Shown here: piece by piece, positions 38,342 through 47,690 of the stretch
Layout: each line of letters begins with the position of its first letter
How positions within the stretch are numbered: the first letter of the stretch is position 1
NCBI GenBank assembly: GCA_017958565.1
Contig: JAGDCJ010000016.1
Span: 94-64,093 of the forward strand
Direction of reading: 5' to 3'
Length of the DNA: 64,000 nucleotides
Source: Opitutales bacterium
GTDB lineage: Bacteria; Verrucomicrobiota; Verrucomicrobiia; Opitutales; UBA9783
The notes under the pieces: model-generated
Databases searched by the model: none
Seen by the model: the letters and a program-made list of their open reading frames with translations, nothing else
Told to the model about the DNA's origin: nothing
Made by a program: the position numbers and the translations under genes

Positions 38342-39571
38342 ATGCATGGGTGGGTTTTCTATCTTGCTTTTCGCTATTTGTTTCCACGAAGGCGATTTGG
38401 GACCTTTTTTACCGGTATGTCGATGTTGGGGATTGCAGCTGGTGTAACATTGCTATTGGTCGTGATAAGTATTATGAATGGGTTTGATGATCACATTGCG
38501 CAAAAATTGATACAGATTCATGGCTCCATTAAAATTTTAGCCACGCGACCAGTTGATTTTTCTGAAAAAGAGGTAGCAGAATGGAAAAAAGTTCCGGGTG
38601 TGCAAGCGGTAACGCCTTTTGTGAATGGAATTGCAATGATACAGCATAAGAATCGAGTGGCTTTGCCGAAATGCCTTGGGTTAGATCCGGAAACCGCTTT
38701 ATCGGTATTGCCCATCCGTCGTTTTATCGTGCAAGGATCTGCAAGCGATTGGAAAACGGGAGTATGGATCAGTCAATCTTTGGCGCAGGAATGCGGATTG
38801 CAGGTAGGAGATACTTTTGATTTATACTCTCCGTTGGCATTAGAAGCAATTAAGCAAGAGGAAATCATATTGCCACGAGAAGTAAAAGTTCAGGGAATTT
38901 TTCAAACCGGCTGGGCGGAAATCGATCGATCGACCCTTTTGTTTCCTTTATCCATTTTACAAGATTTGTATGGATTGGGGCAGCAGGTTCATGGATGGAG
39001 CGTGAAAGCCGATGAAAGGCAGTTAGGAAAAATATGCCGAGCGCTGAATGCGTTGTTGCCGTCGTACGCAACTGCTTATGCTTGGAATGCCCTCAACGCA
39101 GATTTTTTCTATATTCTCAAGCTGGAAAAAAGCATGTGTTTTTTTGTCCTATTGTTTGTAGTTGCGGTGGCCGCTTTTTCGATGAGCAGTGGCTTGATGT
39201 CTTCGGTGGTTCGAAAGCAACGAGAATTGGCGTTGTTACGAACATGGGGAGCGAGTTGTTGGGAAACGGCAATTTTATTTGGCATACAAGGATTGGTTTT
39301 AGGGGTTTGCGGTATCGGAATCGGTTTCGTATGTGCGGGAATCGTGCTGTATTATCGCAATGCGATTGTTCAAGGTTTGACCGGATGGTTGTTGCCGAAA
39401 GATATGTTGTGGAATTTTTATGATGTCGAAACACTCCCAGCGCTGTTTTGCTGGAAAGATGCTGGTTGGATTGTTTTCTTTACGCTACTTATTACAGGGT
39501 TGGCTAGCTTATTGCCGATGTGGCGTCTTCAGCGGATTCCCTTGGTCAATCGTTTGCGCAATGGAGGATAA
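38342..39571 (+). CDS. lipoprotein-release ABC permease LolC/LolE (FtsX-like)
   Basis: 409 aa. It has an N-terminal TM helix, a large periplasmic MacB-like domain, and a C-terminal FtsX 3-TM bundle ending LPMWRLQRIPLVNRLR. Confidence 0.8.
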   Translation: MHGWVFYLAFRYLFPRRRFGTFFTGMSMLGIAAGVTLLLVVISIMNGFDDHIAQKLIQIHGSIKILATRPVDFSEKEVAEWKKVPGVQAVTPFVNGIAMIQHKNRVALPKCLGLDPETALSVLPIRRFIVQGSASDWKTGVWISQSLAQECGLQVGDTFDLYSPLALEAIKQEEIILPREVKVQGIFQTGWAEIDRSTLLFPLSILQDLYGLGQQVHGWSVKADERQLGKICRALNALLPSYATAYAWNALNADFFYILKLEKSMCFFVLLFVVAVAAFSMSSGLMSSVVRKQRELALLRTWGASCWETAILFGIQGLVLGVCGIGIGFVCAGIVLYYRNAIVQGLTGWLLPKDMLWNFYDVETLPALFCWKDAGWIVFFTLLITGLASLLPMWRLQRIPLVNRLRNGG

Positions 39572-39578
39572 CGTCAGC

Positions 39579-40292
39579 ATGCAAGTTTCGGATGGTTTGG
39601 ATAAAACACCGTCATGGAAAACGGTGCCTCCTTTGCAAAAGGAATCGCTGCCGTTGTTGGTTGTTCAAGGTCTATCGAAACGTTTCGAGGGTCATGATTT
39701 GTGGAAAAATGTTTCTTTTACGTTGCATGCAAGCGAAACGGTATCCATTTGCGGCGCTTCGGGGTCTGGAAAATCGACCTTATTGTTCGCGATTGGCGGG
39801 TTAGAAACCGTGCAAAGTGGCTCGATTGTTTTTCAAGGGAAGCCCATTATCGGTGGGGAAAACGCTTCAATCCAAGGAATTGGGTACATTTTTCAACAGT
39901 ACCATTTAATCGAAGAATTAACGGTGCGAGAAAATATTCAGTATCCACTTTGGGTGCAAACGCGAACAAGAGCGGTTCCGAACTGTTGGGAAGAGATCAT
40001 AGAAACTTTAGGGCTTGAATCATTGTTGGATCGGCTTCCGACGCATTTATCGGGAGGTGAGCAACAACGGGTGGTGATTGCACGTACGTTACTCACACAA
40101 CCAACATTATTATTGGCCGATGAACCAACCGGAAGTTTAGATGAGGCGACCGGTGCGCGTGTAATGGAGTTGTTGTTGCAAACATGCCGGTTGATGCATA
40201 CCGGCCTTATTTTGGTGACGCATTCGGTGGCTTTTTCGAAACAAACCGATCGGCAGATGATTTTGAAAGGAGGGAGTTTGCATGAACCATAA
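39579..40292 (+). CDS. lolD: lipoprotein-release ABC ATPase LolD
   Basis: Walker A is GASGSGKSTLL, the signature is LSGGEQQRV, and Walker B is LLLADEPTGSLD. I chose ATG 39579 as the start because it is preceded by GGAGGA. The longer ORF overlaps lolC. Confidence 0.85.
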   Translation: MQVSDGLDKTPSWKTVPPLQKESLPLLVVQGLSKRFEGHDLWKNVSFTLHASETVSICGASGSGKSTLLFAIGGLETVQSGSIVFQGKPIIGGENASIQGIGYIFQQYHLIEELTVRENIQYPLWVQTRTRAVPNCWEEIIETLGLESLLDRLPTHLSGGEQQRVVIARTLLTQPTLLLADEPTGSLDEATGARVMELLLQTCRLMHTGLILVTHSVAFSKQTDRQMILKGGSLHEP

Positions 40293-41214
40293 CATTCGAT
40301 GCGGTGTGGTGGGCGTTGGGTATTTAGGAGAGCATCATGCCCGTATTTATGCCGAGATGGAAAACGTTCAGCTGGTGGGGGTTTTTGATACCGATCAGAC
40401 GCGTGCAGAAATCATTGGAAGGAAATACGGATGTTCCGTTTTCTCATCACCCGAAGCCTTAGCGCAACAATGCGAAGGCATCAGTGTGGTGACTCCAACG
40501 ATCACGCATGCATCCATTGCCATTCCATTATTACAAGCCGGTTGCCATCTTTTCGTAGAAAAGCCGCTTTGTAGCAATTTATCAGAAGCAGAAGCGATGA
40601 TCGCGGCGGCAGAAAAAAAACATCGCTATTTGCAAGTGGGCCATGTGGAACATTTTAATCCAGTGAATGAGTTTTTAGAAGCGCAGGTACGGTCGCCAAA
40701 ATTTATTACCGCCGATCGGTTATCTCCGTTTCCGCAACGCAATACAGATGTAGGGGTTACGCTTGATTTGATGATTCATGATTTGGGGATTGTGTTGCAA
40801 TTGGTACGATCGCCCATTCGATCGATCGAAGCCATCGGGATTCAGGTGTTATCGACTACAGAAGATATTGCCAATGCGCGCCTTCATTTTGAAAATGGTT
40901 GTATCGCAACGTTTAATGCCTCTCGAGTAAGTTTAAAAAAGGAGCGGGTGATTCGTATTTTTCAACCTGGCAGTTATGTATCGCTCGATTTTATGGGACA
41001 AAGCGGCCATCGGGTATGGAAAGAATCGGGACAGATTAAAACCGAACCGATTCCGTTGCAAAAAGTTGAACCGTTGCGGGCAGAATTGAGTGCCTTTGTT
41101 GATTGCATCGTACATGCACATCAGCCAAAAGTAAACGGGGTGGTAGCGCGTTCGGCTTTATCGGTGGCGTTGGAGATTACGCGGCAAATCCAAGCCAATC
41201 ATTTAGTAACGTGA
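40282..41214 (+). CDS. Gfo/Idh/MocA-family NAD(P)-dependent oxidoreductase
   Basis: The N-terminal Rossmann motif is IRCGVVGVGYLGEHHA, with the consensus EKPL in LFVEKPLC. 310 aa. It overlaps the lolD stop by 11 nt. Confidence 0.8.
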   Translation: MNHNIRCGVVGVGYLGEHHARIYAEMENVQLVGVFDTDQTRAEIIGRKYGCSVFSSPEALAQQCEGISVVTPTITHASIAIPLLQAGCHLFVEKPLCSNLSEAEAMIAAAEKKHRYLQVGHVEHFNPVNEFLEAQVRSPKFITADRLSPFPQRNTDVGVTLDLMIHDLGIVLQLVRSPIRSIEAIGIQVLSTTEDIANARLHFENGCIATFNASRVSLKKERVIRIFQPGSYVSLDFMGQSGHRVWKESGQIKTEPIPLQKVEPLRAELSAFVDCIVHAHQPKVNGVVARSALSVALEITRQIQANHLVT

Positions 41215-41338
41215 GGTGCGATGTGAGCAATTTTTTAGTTTAAAAAAAACGAGAGCCATGGAAAAATTTCCATTTACCTACGTTAGATGAAAAAGGAACG
41301 ATCAAGTCGTGGAAGAGTGCTTAAGGTAGATCAATGCT

Positions 41339-42517
41339 GTGGTGGTACAAAAAGAAAATCCTGTTGAGGTGAAACGGGTCGATTTATTGGTTGTTGCTGG
41401 GGAGCCTTCTGGCGATCAGCATGCGGCGATTTGTGTTCGAGAGCTGAAAAAGCGCCATCCGCAATGGTCTATTTGTGCGACCGGCGGACCAGCTTTGGAA
41501 GCGGCCGGTGCGCATTTGTTCATCAATATGATGCCGTTTTCTGCAGTAGGCCTCATGGAAGTTGTTTCGCATTATAGCCGATGGAAGCAGTTGCTGCGAT
41601 GGTTGGTGGAATGGGTGCGCGTGTATCAACCGAAAATGGTTTGTTTGGTGGACTTTCCTGGATTCAATTTGCGTTTTGCGAAGGCGTTATATCGAGAGCA
41701 TTTAAGCCAAAAAGGTGGTGGCTCGGTGAAAATTTTAGGGTACATTGCACCACAAATTTGGGCATGGAAAGCGCGTCGTCGATTTTCGATGGCGCGATGG
41801 TTGGATGCATTGGCCGTCATTTTCCCGTTTGAGCCTGCGGGTTTTGCCGATACCAATCTTCCGGTGTATTTTGTAGGGTATCCGTTGTTACAACAGCCGA
41901 ATCCTTTCCGTTATGATCCGCAAGGGGCGCTGTTATTATTGCCGGGAAGTCGCAAAAGCGCGGTTGTTCGTATTTTTCCTCTTTTACAGGAGGTTTTTCA
42001 GCAATTGAGAAAGCAACACCCTTCCTTACAGGCGGTGGTCCCGTTTCCGAATGAAGCGGTAGGTGCATACCTCAAAGCACAGGCGGGTGATGATATAACC
42101 ATCTGTTCTGTATCAAATGTATCCGTTGGATTTTGCGGTGCGGTGATGTCTTCAGGAACGGCATCTTTACAAGTAGCGTTTGCAGGCATTCCCGGAGTGG
42201 TGACGTATCGAGCCAATCCGATCACCTTTTTTTGTGGCAAACGCCTGGTCAAGGTTCCTTACTTATCTATGGCCAATTTGCTTTTGCAACGCGAAGCTTT
42301 CCCAGAAATTTTGCAAAATACCCCTTTCCAAGCAATTGCGATTGCGCGACAAATGAATCTTTTTTTATCCGATCCAGAACCAGCGCATGCGCGTTTTTTG
42401 GAGGATGCCCATCGTTTAACGGAACTGTTATCAGTGCCGCCTCAGCAATCGTTATTGGATGTAATCGATACGATGATGGATGAATGTTTTTTGGGCTTGG
42501 AGTCAAAGAGAGGATAA
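41339..42517 (+). CDS. lpxB: lipid-A-disaccharide synthase
   Basis: DLLVVAGEPSGDQHAA and LLLPGSRKSAV are LpxB signatures. The GTG start makes the 5' end uncertain. Confidence 0.85.
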   Translation: MVVQKENPVEVKRVDLLVVAGEPSGDQHAAICVRELKKRHPQWSICATGGPALEAAGAHLFINMMPFSAVGLMEVVSHYSRWKQLLRWLVEWVRVYQPKMVCLVDFPGFNLRFAKALYREHLSQKGGGSVKILGYIAPQIWAWKARRRFSMARWLDALAVIFPFEPAGFADTNLPVYFVGYPLLQQPNPFRYDPQGALLLLPGSRKSAVVRIFPLLQEVFQQLRKQHPSLQAVVPFPNEAVGAYLKAQAGDDITICSVSNVSVGFCGAVMSSGTASLQVAFAGIPGVVTYRANPITFFCGKRLVKVPYLSMANLLLQREAFPEILQNTPFQAIAIARQMNLFLSDPEPAHARFLEDAHRLTELLSVPPQQSLLDVIDTMMDECFLGLESKRG

Positions 42518-42610
42518 AAGCTTCTTTGAAGCAATTTTTTGTAAAAAATCGCTTGTTGAGGAAAACATGAAATTTGAATTTTGATCATTTTTGATTATAC
42601 TAAAAAATGT

Positions 42611-43597
42611 ATGGAAATCGTGGATATTTTTTGGGTAATTTTGGGCGTCGTCGTGCTGATTGGCGTGATTTTTGTGATTCCTTTTTTTATGGTGTGGTTG
42701 CGTGCATGGTTAGCAGGTGCGTACGTCAGCATTCCAAATTTATTGGCAATGTATTTGCGAAAAGTTCCATATGGATTGGTGGTGGATTGTCGTATTACCG
42801 CCATGAAAGCAGGACTGTCCTTAACAACCGATGAATTAGAAGGGCATTTTTTAGCCGCCGGGAATTTGGTGCAAACCGTGCAGGCGCTGATTGCAGCGGA
42901 TAAAGCCGGTATTAAATTGTCGTTTGTGCGTGCGTGTGCAATTGATTTGGCAACGAAAGGAACCAGCAAAACCGTCTTGGAAGCGGTTCATACATCGGTG
43001 AATCCGAAGGTGATCGATTGTCCGCAAGATCGAACGTCGGTGGATGGGGTCGCAAAGGATGGCATTGAGGTAAAAGTGCGTGCGCGGGTGACCGTTCGTA
43101 CCAATTTGGATCGTTTTGTGGGCGGTGCGCAGGAAGAAACGATCGTAGCGCGTGTTGGAGAAGGAATTGTGGCGACCATCGGAATGGCAGAGACGTACAA
43201 ACAGGTGTTGGAAAACCCGGATTTGATTTCTAAAGAAGTGCTGAAACGTGGTTTAGATGTAGGAACGGCTTACGAAATTTTATCGATCGATGTATCCGAT
43301 ATCGATATCGGAGAGAATATTGGGGCGAAATTGCAGGTATCGCAAGCGGAAGCGAACAAAAATATGGCGCAGGCGCGTGCTGAAATGCGCCGTGCTACGG
43401 CTGTTGCGTTGGAGCAAGAAATGAAAGCTCGGGTAGAAGAAATGCAGGCGAAGGTGGTGGAAGCACAAGCGGCGGTTCCTTTAGCGCTTGCAGAAGCATT
43501 CCAGAAAGGCCGAATGGGCGTGTTCGATTACTATAAAATGGAAAATATGAAGGCCGATACCGCCATGCGTGATCAATTAGCGCAGCATCCTTTATGA
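42611..43597 (+). CDS. floA: flotillin-like protein FloA (UPF0365/YqfA family)
   Basis: An N-terminal TM helix is followed by [28 protein letters not shown], an SPFH domain and a coiled-coil tail. I chose ATG 42611 as the start; the ORF track begins at a TTG at 42581. Confidence 0.8.
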   Translation: MEIVDIFWVILGVVVLIGVIFVIPFFMVWLRAWLAGAYVSIPNLLAMYLRKVPYGLVVDCRITAMKAGLSLTTDELEGHFLAAGNLVQTVQALIAADKAGIKLSFVRACAIDLATKGTSKTVLEAVHTSVNPKVIDCPQDRTSVDGVAKDGIEVKVRARVTVRTNLDRFVGGAQEETIVARVGEGIVATIGMAETYKQVLENPDLISKEVLKRGLDVGTAYEILSIDVSDIDIGENIGAKLQVSQAEANKNMAQARAEMRRATAVALEQEMKARVEEMQAKVVEAQAAVPLALAEAFQKGRMGVFDYYKMENMKADTAMRDQLAQHPL

Positions 43598-44133
43598 CCT
43601 TCGGGTGGGAAGATTGGCTGACGTTTGTCCTGGTCGTTGGATGGACGCTTTGGAAATATGCTTGCTTACAAAGAGCAGATCGGAAACGTGGTTCATCCGC
43701 TCCTTCGATTCCACCGATGGTTGCGCGAGAAGAGGAACCAGAGGTTTCGGAGGTGGAAGGCGACGACGAAGCATCCGAAGTTTTTGAAGAAGAATGGCAA
43801 GAGACAACGAAAACAAAAGAGGAAGGACAAAAACTTCCACCACCGATTTCACGGGAATGGTCCGAAACGGTTCCTTTGCCAAGCGAGCCAAGCTTTCCGA
43901 AGAAAGAGGTTTCGGTTTTACGGGAAGATCTTGTTGCTTCTGAAATTCCGTGCGATGGCGCGCCTTTTGCGAAAGATTTAGCAAAAGGGAACGTATCAAC
44001 AGAAGTGTTGAAGCCGGAAATTTCAAAAGCAGAATCTTTACTAGAGAAACCAAAACGGACTTCTTCACGGTTAAAAAATTGGATGGTAGGCTATTTCTTG
44101 CTAGAAACGCCGGCATTTCGTCGTTACCGATAA
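43594..44133 (+). CDS. hypothetical membrane-anchored acidic protein
   Basis: 179 aa with an ATGA overlap with the floA stop. An N-terminal TM helix ([13 protein letters not shown]) is followed by a Glu/Pro-rich sequence. I preferred it over the antisense ORF 43592..44152 because of the translational coupling and the strand context. Confidence 0.45.
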   Translation: MTFGWEDWLTFVLVVGWTLWKYACLQRADRKRGSSAPSIPPMVAREEEPEVSEVEGDDEASEVFEEEWQETTKTKEEGQKLPPPISREWSETVPLPSEPSFPKKEVSVLREDLVASEIPCDGAPFAKDLAKGNVSTEVLKPEISKAESLLEKPKRTSSRLKNWMVGYFLLETPAFRRYR

Positions 44134-44213
44134 ATGACGGTTCATTAGACAATCAGCATTTTAGAAAAAGATACAATGCAACGTTTTGAAAGTGTGCAAA
44201 AGCGGTCGCCCGT

Positions 44214-44744
44214 TTAGGCGAGAGAACGCAATTGAACAATGGTTTGTGTGGTGCTTCGGCCGAGAAGCATGGGCAGAAAGAGAATTTTTGCGTGGCAAGA
44301 TTCCAATGCTTGTCGTTCTTGCGGGTGCAGGGTTGCGATAGAATAATCGCTACTTTTTACATAAACATCCGGTTGAATGCAGGATAATTCTTGCGCACAA
44401 TGGGTCCCTTCAAACAGCAATAATCCATCTACGCACTGCAAGGCGTTCAATAAGTACAATCGCTCATTTTGAGAATAAATCGGCCGATCATTTCCTTTTA
44501 GCGCGTGAATACTTGCATCGGAGTTGACCCCTATCCACAAAACGGTACCTTGTCGTTTGGCAGCTTCTAGCGCCATTACATGCCCAGCGTGCAATAAATC
44601 GAAACACCCATTGGTAAACACCAACGTTTTACCTTGTTGACGAAGTTTTGCACGGAGTACCGAACATTCAGCCAACAAGATTTGTTTAGAAATGGGAAGC
44701 AATTGGTGGGTATTGTATGTTGGTGCTGGTTTCATCCTAATCAT
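44214..44744 (-). CDS. hldC: D-glycero-beta-D-manno-heptose 1-phosphate adenylyltransferase (RfaE domain II-type cytidylyltransferase fold)
   Basis: LVFTNGCFDLLHAGHV...GVNSDASIHALKGNDRPI... is the classic RfaE-II/HldC pattern. 176 aa. Confidence 0.8.
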   Translation of the reverse strand: MIRMKPAPTYNTHQLLPISKQILLAECSVLRAKLRQQGKTLVFTNGCFDLLHAGHVMALEAAKRQGTVLWIGVNSDASIHALKGNDRPIYSQNERLYLLNALQCVDGLLLFEGTHCAQELSCIQPDVYVKSSDYSIATLHPQERQALESCHAKILFLPMLLGRSTTQTIVQLRSLA

Positions 44745-46443
44745 TACGGAGTTTTTTAAGAAATTTTCCGTTTGCCAACTGGAACGCTTGTCGATATTGC
44801 CGATAAAAACGTTGGATCAAGGTTGTTTCTAGCTGCATTTGCGCGCGTACATTCCCTGATTGCAATAGAGGATTCAATTCTTTGAGCACCCAAGAATAGC
44901 TCAGGTCCTCGAAATTTTCGAGCAAAGCCAGAGCGCGTTGAGCATCTTGCGTTCGGCCGGCTGCTTTTGCATCTAAAATCGCTTTCCAGGCTTTCGAAAG
45001 TTCCGTGTAGGTGTCCAAGAATAAAATTTTGGAAAGCAATCGAATTGCTTTAAAAGTAGGCGCTGTCCACGTTGGTTGGAAAACAAAATCATTGATTTTT
45101 GCAAACGGGTTTGTATCTGGAGAAGATTGAAAGGGCTTTTTTGCATCGCAGTAAAAATCTTTGCGAACGGGCATGCGATGCAAAGCGTAATAGCGCGGTT
45201 GGTGAGAGCGCAATCGACGGGTGGTTGGATCGTCGGGAAGCGAAAGAGGTTTTTGCTTGGTTTCGGCGATGGATCGAAATCCGATCCGATCTTGCCCTTC
45301 TTCGGAATGAACATATTCGATAAACCATTGTGCAACCTCTCGGTTGGGTGCTCCGCGAAGCAATGCAATGGGATCAGGAGAGTAACATGAACCGTTTTTA
45401 GGTAAGACGAAGCGTATTCGGTCGCTTCCACTGCGTTGACGTGTGACAGAACGTTGATGGCGTCCGTAGAAGTCTACAACGATACCGGCAGCACAATTCC
45501 CTTGATTCACATCCCAAACGGTTGTAATCGAATTATCGGTAAAATAACGAGCATTCGCCATGATCTTTTGAATCAATCGAAATCCGCGGAGCCATCCCTC
45601 GTTCAACATTTGATCTCGTTCCGATGGGGTGCATTCGGTTTGGCCGGTTTTTTGCAAAATCTCTTTTCGAACTTGCTGCATTTGTTGTTGCAGAATCATT
45701 TCAAAGCATTTGACGACTACACTACTTTGAACGGGATCAACCATGGCAATTTGATGATAAAAAGCTGGTTGTGTTAAATCTTCCCATTGTTGAGGTGCAG
45801 GGATCTGTAAGTCGCGGATACGGTCGGTATTATACATCATCCCAAAACTCGCAAGAGAGGTTGGGTACCATCGTCCTTGCGGATCATACATGCTATCGCC
45901 ATCAATGGTTGCAGGGATACAATTTTCTTGGAACCATTCGGGGTGTCGTTTCTGCAAATCGCACGGGACAAAATGACCGATTTCTGCTTCTTTTTTAAAT
46001 TCGACGATTCCGCCACCAAAAAAAAGATCCATGCCGCAACTAATATTGGAAGCTAAAAACGCTTCGCGTGCTTCTTTGCCCGCAGTGTTTTTGGGTGTAG
46101 GATTCCGAAATCCCTCTTGGATGGTTGCGTCCCACGTTCGGTGGAGGGTTTGTTCCCAATACTGCTGAAAAGCGTTTTCGAAGCTCGTATGCATCACGCG
46201 AATACAATTGTTGGTGCTTCCGGGTACTCGCCAATCGATTTTAACCGTTCGTTGGGTTCGCTGAAAATACCAATCGCGGAATCCTAATTCGAGCTCCAAT
46301 CGGATCGATTCATTATGGGGTGTGAGAATTACAACCGTATCATCGGTTTGTTGGGTTAAGGAAATCCCTGGTCGCCGGAAAAGAAACGGCAAGGCAATAA
46401 CGAGCGCAATTGCGAGGAAAATTAGGAAAAATTTTTTCCTCAT
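44737..46443 (-). CDS. ABC transporter periplasmic substrate-binding protein (iron/polyamine-type fold) with a C-terminal extension
   Basis: 568 aa with signal peptide MRKKFFLIFLAIALVIALPF. The start VVILTPHNESIR... is typical of PBP2 iron/polyamine binders. It has a TAATG overlap with the upstream ATPase. Confidence 0.65.
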   Translation of the reverse strand: MRKKFFLIFLAIALVIALPFLFRRPGISLTQQTDDTVVILTPHNESIRLELELGFRDWYFQRTQRTVKIDWRVPGSTNNCIRVMHTSFENAFQQYWEQTLHRTWDATIQEGFRNPTPKNTAGKEAREAFLASNISCGMDLFFGGGIVEFKKEAEIGHFVPCDLQKRHPEWFQENCIPATIDGDSMYDPQGRWYPTSLASFGMMYNTDRIRDLQIPAPQQWEDLTQPAFYHQIAMVDPVQSSVVVKCFEMILQQQMQQVRKEILQKTGQTECTPSERDQMLNEGWLRGFRLIQKIMANARYFTDNSITTVWDVNQGNCAAGIVVDFYGRHQRSVTRQRSGSDRIRFVLPKNGSCYSPDPIALLRGAPNREVAQWFIEYVHSEEGQDRIGFRSIAETKQKPLSLPDDPTTRRLRSHQPRYYALHRMPVRKDFYCDAKKPFQSSPDTNPFAKINDFVFQPTWTAPTFKAIRLLSKILFLDTYTELSKAWKAILDAKAAGRTQDAQRALALLENFEDLSYSWVLKELNPLLQSGNVRAQMQLETTLIQRFYRQYRQAFQLANGKFLKKLRND

Positions 46444-47663
46444 TACGGTTGTAAAACCACCACATCATCCACTTTCACATTGGCAAAAAGCCCTTTTTGC
46501 AAATTTTGATGAAGGTGTTTGGGGTTTAACTCGGAAATTTGCAATTTGATGTGGTTTTTCACAAATTCGTAATGGGCGACTTCACCGTAATAAATGGTTT
46601 GGCCAATCATACCGTCGGTCGAGTTTTCCGTCATGCGGTACGGTTTTAATTTAATCGCTTCTGGACGAATGGATAGCGTTACCTTTTCTCCGGTTTGCGG
46701 AATGGGTTGGCCTGAATGCCATACGCCGCGATATCGCCCCAATTCGGTTTGTACGAGGACTTCCGGAGCTAATTCGAGCGGTTGTGGGTTAGAAGCCGCC
46801 ACAAAATTATCGAGAGTTTGCTCTTCTTCTTGCTCTTGTTTCGATCCCCAAGGAGCTTCTGAAGAAGCGTTCAACGTACTTCCTTGATGCAAGTAAGGTG
46901 CTGCATCGGCGGCTGGCTTTTGATAAGGAAGAACCGTTCCATCGAGGAAATTCGTTTCTCCCAAAAAATGTGCAACAAATCGGTTGCAAGGGCATTTATA
47001 TAAATCAAGAGGAGTTCCAATTTGCTCGATTTTCCCTTCTGAAAAAATGGCCATTCGATCTGCGATGGATAACGCTTCCTTTTGATCATGTGTAACGTAG
47101 ACGGTTGTGAGTTGAAATTCTTTACAGATGCGGCGAATTTCCATCTGCATTTCCATCCGTAATTTCGCATCTAAATTCGAAAGAGGTTCGTCTAACAAAA
47201 GGCATCTCGGTCGAATGGCTAATGCGCGTGCTAGCGCTACGCGCTGTTGTTGTCCGCCCGATAGTTCATTTGGTTTTCGGTTCGCATAGGCATCCATTCG
47301 AACCGATTGCAAAATTTTGCTTACCTGTTGCTGAATATCATGGGTTGGTAATTTTTTTTGGACGAGGCCAAGCGCGACGTTTTGTGCAACGGTCATGTGA
47401 GGCCATAGGGCGTAATTTTGAAACACCATCCCGGGTTTTCGTTTATAGGGTGGTAATTTGGAAATTTCTTTGTTCCCAAAAAAAATGCACCCGGAATCGG
47501 GTGCATAAAAACCAGCGATGGTTCGTAAAAGCGTTGTTTTTCCGCAACCGCTTGGACCGAGTAAGAAAAATAATTCGCCCGAATGGATGGAAAAACTTAG
47601 ATCGTTTAAAGCAACAACGTTTCCAAAAAATTTTGTAAGATGTTCGATACGAATATCGATCAT
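46443..47663 (-). CDS. ABC transporter ATP-binding protein (PotA/FbpC-like) with an extended C-terminal regulatory domain
   Basis: Walker A is GPSGCGKTTLL, the signature is LSGGQQQRV, and Walker B is LLLDEPLSNLD. The C-terminal domain carries an acidic insertion (SKQEQEEEQTLD). Confidence 0.9.
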   Translation of the reverse strand: MIDIRIEHLTKFFGNVVALNDLSFSIHSGELFFLLGPSGCGKTTLLRTIAGFYAPDSGCIFFGNKEISKLPPYKRKPGMVFQNYALWPHMTVAQNVALGLVQKKLPTHDIQQQVSKILQSVRMDAYANRKPNELSGGQQQRVALARALAIRPRCLLLDEPLSNLDAKLRMEMQMEIRRICKEFQLTTVYVTHDQKEALSIADRMAIFSEGKIEQIGTPLDLYKCPCNRFVAHFLGETNFLDGTVLPYQKPAADAAPYLHQGSTLNASSEAPWGSKQEQEEEQTLDNFVAASNPQPLELAPEVLVQTELGRYRGVWHSGQPIPQTGEKVTLSIRPEAIKLKPYRMTENSTDGMIGQTIYYGEVAHYEFVKNHIKLQISELNPKHLHQNLQKGLFANVKVDDVVVLQP

Positions 47664-47690
47664 TCTAAAAAGAGTTTTTGCGGGAGGGTT

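Noticed and set aside
43592-44152. 186-aa minus-strand ORF antisense to 43594..44133
   Set aside because: Only one of the two mirror ORFs is likely real. The + strand one is translationally coupled (ATGA) to floA and has a clear N-terminal TM helix. The - strand one would be an isolated gene convergent on floA. Confidence in either is modest.
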